64,000 bases of DNA from Octopus vulgaris. Its lineage: Eukaryota. Positions 56,591 through 64,000 of the stretch are shown one piece after another (the stretch's first letter is position 1; the number at the start of each line of letters is the position of its first letter). Where the stretch lies: NCBI GenBank assembly GCA_951406725.2, contig OX597814.1, positions 113,708,001 to 113,772,000 of the forward strand, read 5' to 3'. The translations under genes and the position numbers were made by a program. Below the pieces are notes generated by a model. The model did no database searches. It saw only the letters and a list, made by a program, of their open reading frames with translations, and was not told where the DNA came from.

Positions 56591-57184
56591 TGAATAATAT
56601 AATGTTAAAGAGAAAGATGGTCAGTTAAACCGCAAGCGCTGTCGTGGGTAATGGGATGGGGATGTCGAGGGTTTCACTTTGAACAGAAAGACCTCCCTGG
56701 TTCATTTATTTTGCTTGGGCAGAATTAGTGTCTGTTACCAATGTTCGGGATAATAGGGGTGGCGAAGAAGTGGGATTGGGTGAGCCATCTATAATTGAAC
56801 CAGAAGCAGTTAAGCTTGAAATTAATATAGCGCACGTGCACGTACATATACATATGCTGTCTGAATCAGCACGCACACACATACACACACGCACACTCAC
56901 GCACTATCTATTTATGTGTGTATACATACAAACACATACACATATGTATACACATTTACATATACATTATATATAACATATGTATTATACACACACACAC
57001 ACACACACATATTTATATACACACACACATGCGCGCACATACACACACACAAACACACATATATATGTATATAGGTATGTATGCATATATATAACGAAAA
57101 GAGAGGGGGAGGGAAGGTGCATCAAAATATGGAGATAGATAGAGAGTGAGTGAGTGAGAGAGAGAGAGAGAGAGGGTGAGAGAA

Positions 57185-57222
<38 letters not shown>

Positions 57223-58256
57223 AAGGGAAAAATTAGTAACGAATGGGAAAAGTGGAGGACAGAAGAAAGAAAACGAGAAAAAATAAGGAAAGACGGTGAT
57301 TGAGTATTTGAGTGAACGAGGGAGAGAGAGAGAGAGAGAGAGAAAGAGGGGAGAGAGAGAGTGAGAGAGAGAGAAGGGAGAGAGAGACAGCAGGAGTTTC
57401 TTAGCAACATTAAAGATCCATCTTTGTGTAAAGGAAAGCTGGAAGGCATTTCATATATATCTATTGAGAGCAAACTACAGAATAAAGAGATTGGTACCAG
57501 GTCCCTTGAACCGTGGTGACCTCGAGTAACTGACTGCCCAGTGTGATGTTCATGTTTGGAAAGAGAGAGAGAGAGAGAGAGGAAGAGAGAGAGAAGTGGT
57601 GGGAGTGAGAGAAATAGTGAAAGAGAAACAGAGAGAGGGCGAGAGAGAAAGTGGTAGGAAGGAAAGAAATAGAAAGAGAGAGAGGAAAGAAAAGAGGGAA
57701 CAAATAGAAGAATAGAAGGTAAAATGAGAGTGAGAAAGACGGTATATATACGGTTCTGGGTTCAGTCCCACTGCGTGGCACCTGGGGCAAGAGTCTTCAA
57801 CTATAGCCTAGGGCCCACCAAAGCCTTGTGAGTGGATTTGGTAGACGGAAGCTGAAAGAAACCCATCGTGTATATATATATTTATATATATATATCTGTT
57901 TGTGTCAGTGTTTTTACCCCCAACATCGATGGTGTGTTTACGTAACTTAGCGATTCAGCAAAAGAGTACGACAGAATAAGTACTAGGCTTACTGAGAATA
58001 AATCCTGGGGTCGATCTGTTCGACGAAAGGCAGTGCTCCAGCATGGCTGCAGTCAAATGACTGAAACAAATAAAAGAATAAAAGAATAGCGGCCGAGAAT
58101 GCTAGAAATAAGAGTCAGAGCAATAACTGTGCGTTACTGTAGCTATGAGTTGTTTTAACTCTTATTTCTAGCAATAATGATGCTAAATAGCGCCCTCAGT
58201 CGCTTTAGAGACATATATATTTTTGCCTTTCGGTTGAAAAATTGCTAACAAACCAC

Positions 58257-58316
<60 letters not shown>

Positions 58317-58794
58317 GTACATAATGTTTGGCGTACCCGCTGATGAGAACTTCGCCTACCAAATTATTTTATTTGTTTATTGCCCACAGGGGTCCAAACG
58401 TAGAGGGGACAAACAAGGACAGACAAACGGATTAAGTCGATTAGATCGACCCCAGTGCGTAACTGGTACTTATTTAATCGATCCCGAAAGGATGAAAGGC
58501 AAAGTCGACCTCGGCGGAATTTGAACTCAGAACGTAGCGGCAGACGAAATATCTATTTCTTTACTACCCACAAGGGGCCAAACACAGAGAGGACATGCAA
58601 GGACAGACAAACGATTTAGTCGATTATATCGACTCCAGTGCGTAACTGGTACTTATTTAATCGACCCCGAAAGGATGAAAGGCAAAGTCGACCTCGGCGG
58701 AATTTGAACTCAGAACGTAACGGCAGACGAAATACCGCTAAGCATTTCGCCCGGCGTGCTAACGTTTTTGCCAGCTCGTCGCCTTGACAATAAA

Positions 58795-59360
58795 TATTAA
58801 TATTGAAAGAAAGAATACGAAGAAAGATGGATGTATGAATAATTTATTTGTATGAGATATATTAATACATTTCAACATCTTTATAAGTTGCAAAGCTCCA
58901 AAAGAAATGGGAGATGCGAAAAAATCTACATATATGTTTCGGTTCTAGCTCGTGGTTGATATGTAATTCTAAGCATTTGGTTATATGCTTCTTCGGGTTT
59001 TTTTTATCAGCTTATAGAACGAAGGTTAACATATTTCATGAAAGGATGCATGCAAAATCCTTTCAAGAAATATGTTAACCTTTGTGCTATAAGCTGATAA
59101 AAACCCTGAAGATGTTCTACTCCATATACTTAAAAATGATACTATTCTTAGCATATAACCAAATACTTAGAATTACATATCAGCTAGGGGCTAGAACCAA
59201 AACTTATATGTAGGTATTTTTCCAATCTCCCATTTCTTCTTTGAGCTTTACAACTTATAAAGATGCTGAAATTTATTAAAAATAACAATACAAATAAATT
59301 ATATCATACAAATCAATTATTCATACATCCAGCTTTCTCCATTTTCAATCTTTCAATATA
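58795..59360. repeat. Long diverged palindrome carrying decayed hammerhead motifs
   Basis: Centre near 59050 (CATATTTCATGAAAGGAT...ATCCTTTCAAGAAATATG); arms align out to ATATTGAAAGA / TCTTTCAATAT. Confidence 0.8.
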
Positions 59361-59486
59361 CAGGGTGATTCAAAAGTCACCATATATAGAAAAATTTATT
59401 TTTTTATAAGAAACAGATAAAAAACTGTTTCTTATAAAAATAAATAATAAATTGCTCTTATGTATGGCAACTTTTGAATCACCCTG
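59361..59486. mobile_element. Tc1/mariner-type MITE (126 bp) with TA TSD
   Basis: TA|CAGGGTGATTCAAAAGT ... ACTTTTGAATCACCCTG|TA; palindromic interior. Confidence 0.88.
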
Positions 59487-60313
59487 TATGTATAGATAAC
59501 GTATAAATAATGGTCACTATACTTTTATTTTAGTATTTTCGACTTACAGCTGTTTCCGATAACCATTAAAGGTTCGTTCACTAATTGGTAATTCAAACGA
59601 ACCATTCATCTGCTGAGAAAAATTGAACTGATGCTACCGCCATTAGAGTCGTATTATTCTGATGATCATTATTTATACCTTGTCTAGTATATTACTCTGT
59701 GTAAAAAGAAAAACCCAGTCTAACTAGCAATACAACAATGCGTTTCCAATACAGACTGAGTTGTCAAACATTTAAACCAAATTTTCTAAAAACAACTTGT
59801 CCAACCGTCCCATAGGCCTCCTCTTTGAGAAACACTGATTTAACCTAAATTTGAGACACCAACAAAAGAAGAAATAAAGATAGACTTTTTTCTATTCCAA
59901 AGAAAAACGATTTTATTCACACAAATATGCAACCGAAGAGTTTAAAGTACCAGTAATGATAAGGCTGTTGACTGGGAGAACACAAACATGGTTTAAACAA
60001 AGAGCTTGGCAGGAAAGAAACGAGCCATTAAACAGTACAAACACAACAAAAAAATGGAAGGTGCAGTTATGTACAGGTTGACAGAAGAAAAGCAGGAGAA
60101 AGACGATGCATGAAATGGGTTAGATGAAGGTAAATCTAGATGGAAAAGCATGATGAATTTATGAGAACGTACCTGGAACAATAATAAGTTTATCCGATAA
60201 AACATGTAGGAAATCAACTTGAGGCAATTTTTGATGAAAAGCAACAACCTAGGGAACTAAGTAACTAATTTTAAACTAACTTACTTTACGGGATGTTCAA
60301 GGGCATGGAAAAG

Positions 60314-60975
60314 CTAGTGGAGCGCAGCCTTGTAAACCGCATTCCTTGTTACTCCGTCTGGAGCGTAGTAGAAAAGGTTTGTCGAACAGCCAACCCTCGG
60401 ACAGCCCACATACAGTTGTCCGTGCGAAAAGCAAGGAGTGCTGAGGTCCAACCCCACGACTTTCAATGACTGCCCCTGTGCTTTGTTGATGGTCATCGCG
60501 AAGTTTAGGCGAATAGGGAATTGAACGCGTTTCATCGGGTAAACACAGTCCGACGGAATCAATGGCATGCGGGAAATAAAAACATCCCCTGCCCCTTAAC
60601 CCGTGATAACTTTTGCCTCTAGAACGTCATCCAAAAGTTGGGTGACAATCAACCGAGTGCCATTGCAAAGTAGTGAAGGTTCCAAGTTTCGGAGAAGAAT
60701 GGGACTTCGAACCTTGAGGCAGAGTTTATGGGGTGGCAGACCCGGTGGTTCTTGTGAGTTAAGAAATTCGGTCGGGTATACCATGACTTGCTCTGGGTCA
60801 GTAATTGAATCGATAGATGTGTAGATTCGTTCCTGGGTCGGCAGTTGACGGAGGCGAGTGTTAAGCGTATTGACGTTGGCATTGGTTGGCGCTAAAATGG
60901 CTCTATCACACAACCATTGATGGTCACCGAAATTAGAAGATAGATCGTGGTAAACTGTCTGACAAAGTTTAGAAA
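60314..60975 (-). pseudogene. Helitron PIF1-like helicase C-terminal fragment
   Basis: WLCDRAILAPTN; YPTEFLNS..PPGLPPHKL; LLRNL...LCNGTRL; RVQFPIRLNFAMTINKAQGQSL; FSHGQLYVG. Confidence 0.92.
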
Positions 60976-61596
60976 ATGCAAATATTACACGATTAAGAAG
61001 CAAGCAAATAGTCTTTTGTTTCTAAAATTGAAGTATTTTGACTACGTTCACCTTGAAATAAAGCTCAATCAATCTTGATTGAATACAATAATGGTTTTCT
61101 TTCACTAAAAAACACACTTCTTTTGGTTTGTCCATTCATAATAAATGAAAACAATAAGTTCGACTGTAGAGTAACTTCTTCAAGGAATATATCCATGCAG
61201 GGACACCGGAGAACATCCACGCAGAATGCATCGCCTCAGACTGTAAAGGGAGGTAACTAAATTGAGTTTGGCAAACAGTAGTTTAAAAATAAAAACAAAG
61301 AAAAATGATCGACTGTGTATGAAATATGCATGCTTGGTGTTAAGGGAGGCAACTTCTATCAGCACCATATAGTCGATTGTGCAACCAAAGAAAAACGATT
61401 TCCCACGGCTTTATCGATCGCATTCTCACCTGGAATCGATATTTGAAATTTTTTCAAGACTTATACATGCCCTGATACCGTCGGTATCTACATATCAAAT
61501 TTGAGCGCAATCGGATGGAGGATGCCCGAGATCTGAGAAGACACACACACACACACACACACGCGCACACACACAGAGAACGGATTTTATATAATA

Positions 61597-61990
61597 CTAG
61601 CAGTATCGCCCGGCGTTGCTCGGGTTGTAAGGGAAATAACTATATAAGCATTTTTAGAGAGTTATAGCCAAAAAATAGCAAAAAAAATGCATTAAAAATT
61701 GAAAAAAAATTAAGGTAAATTTTTTTTAAATCGTTGACACATCGTAGATATTTTAGAGAGTTACTTCCCTTATATAAAAGCGAAAAAAATACATTAAAAT
61801 GGAAAAATATGATGGTAAATTTTTTAAAAATCGTAGACTCATCGTAGACGTGCGCTAATACCCAGAAGGGCTCGATATGAATCACGACTATAAGATACCC
61901 GCTTTTGGTTAAACTGCACCGCAAAATGTGGGAGTAATTACGAATGTAAATCGAAGGGGACAGACACACAACTTCACTCTTATATAAAGA
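61597..61990 (-). mobile_element. Non-autonomous Helitron
   Basis: Minus strand A|TCTTTATATAAAAG ... CCCGAGCAACGCCGGG...CTAG|T; same 3' hairpin as 9435-9832. Confidence 0.82.
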
Positions 61991-62936
61991 TGCTTTTTTT
62001 TTTCAGTCATAGAGTTAGATTTATGAAGGTCTTCAGTAGAAAATCCTTCGAATTCTGACTCGCTGCTTGATATAATGAAATTCGTATCCATTTTTTGTCA
62101 GAATTACAAATTTTGAAAACACAATAGGAACAAATTTCGGAAAAAAATCTCCCATAATTCACGGAATTAAAATTACACTTCGATTTTTGTACAAAACTGT
62201 ATTTGAAGTGTTTACGAAGTATAATACGTGTTTTCACGAATGTACTAAAGAGATTTACTCTGATATTCTCATTTAAATATGAATAGGTAAATTCGGGCGG
62301 TTTGGTAACGAAAGGGTTTATATAAGTGTCGTCTGTTTATACATAAACACTGTTTCATAGTTTCAGTTTAGTCTTCCTCAAATCACTGTCGCTAATTTAC
62401 TCTCTTCCAAGAACATTTTCACTCACTGTTATCTGTTAGCTTCCCATACATTTTACTCATGTATCTATCAGCGTGATAGACAGAAACAAATATTACATTT
62501 ACTTTCATTTTATTCGTTGCCCACTGTGTGTGTGCGTTTGCGTGTGGTGTAAACCAGACTAAGAAAAGCATTTGACACACACACCAGAATGTGAGTTTTC
62601 TGTAAATTTTGCTTAATTGGAGTTTAAATTTTAAAAACTGGACCTGGCATGACGCGATGCATTGTACTCTTAAAACTGCTAGGTAAATTGTAATTGAAGA
62701 AATCCTATATTGTAGATTTGTATAACTCCCAAAGGGAGGCAGATAAAATCTGCCTTTTATAATAAGAGATATATATACATATATTCATATATGCCTACAC
62801 ACCCACGTGAATACGTATACATATACCCAAACGCATGTAGTTGTCTATCCATCCATCCATCCGTCCGTCCGTCCGTCCGTCCATCCATCCATCCATCAAC
62901 CTACCTACCTACCTACCTACCTACCTACCTACCTAC

Positions 62937-62997
<61 letters not shown>

Positions 62998-63484
62998 AGA
63001 GACGGTCAGCAGCATCGATGAAGTCATCGTAATCCTCGTCACCAGAACCATCATTATCAGCACCATCACCATCAATGTTGATTGTCGTCATCTTCGTCAT
63101 TCACGCATCATCATCATCATCATCATCATCAACATCATCATCATCATCATCTATCTATCTATCTATACACACATACATACACACACACAAATTAATTTTG
63201 TTTCGTCTTTGATGAAAAGTTTACTTAATTTGTAAAATTATTTTAACTTTTAGCAATTTTTACATGTGTGTGTGTGTATGTGTACGTGTGTGTGGATGTA
63301 TATGTGTGTGAGTGTATCTATATATATGTGTGTGTTTGTGTATATGTTTGTGTTTGTGTGTAATTACGTATGGATGGGCATGCATTTGTGTGTAAGGGTG
63401 TATAATCTAAATGAGTGTATATGACGAAATAACTAACATTGATATTACAAAAGTATTAATACGAAAACCATCATCACCACCACC

Positions 63485-63516
<32 letters not shown>

Positions 63517-64000
63517 CAACACCAACAACACCAACAACATACACATAAGACAAAATATTTCAAAAAGTCTGAATGAAAACGATGATTGTTGACCGTGGAA
63601 ACATGGCATCTAATCCACATGGTGATTGAGGTGATGAGATGATGTCGACGAAGATGATGTTGTGACGGAATATAGCACAGGAATAACATTAAAAAAAAAA
63701 ACCCTCACTAGTCTACCAGGGTACGGTGGGGTTGGTGTGGGGGTGGGGATGTTCTCAGAAGAATAGTGTCAACAACTGTTACGATCGCTTGTTGATTGAG
63801 AAACTCGTCAAATACTAACTAAAATTTGAACTTTCTCACGTTTCGACAGAATTTTTAACACTAAACATTTGAATGCTTGCAAAATGTTGATGATTAGTAA
63901 GAAAAGGGTGTGGAGGCCATGGAAGGAGGCAGAGAGGGTGATAGAAGCACTGGTTGCGATGATGGTGATGGTGGTGGTGGTTATAGTGGTAGAAACAGAG

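Overview
Repeat-saturated, AT-rich eukaryotic DNA with no confidently identifiable host gene. The SINE families and microsatellite load resemble an octopus (coleoid cephalopod) genome; this is an inference. Most predicted ORFs are artefacts of (TA)n, (CA)n, (TAA)n, (CTT)n and (TATC)n repeats. Real coding remnants are all transposon-derived: a near full-length Penelope-like element (RT + GIY-YIG, with pseudo-LTRs), two R4/Dong-type RLE LINE fragments in (TAA)n, an RTE LINE, three CR1 3' fragments, an L1/Tx1 tail, Tc1/mariner fragments and a Helitron PIF1 helicase fragment. There are also many tRNA-derived SINEs and MITEs. The main discovery, made by eye, is a set of type I hammerhead ribozyme (HHR) motifs: two with intact cores, five variant and several decayed. 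Three lie in short non-coding elements bounded by (TA)n that share the order HHR -> ~100 nt -> AGAAATAGC/GCTATTTCT hairpin -> TTCGGTRTGTGGT. One of these is circularly permuted and terminally redundant. This fits a retrozyme-like family of non-autonomous circular-RNA retroelements, plausibly mobilised by the (TA)n-inserted Penelope-like element in the same window. All folds are manual; none was computed or tested.
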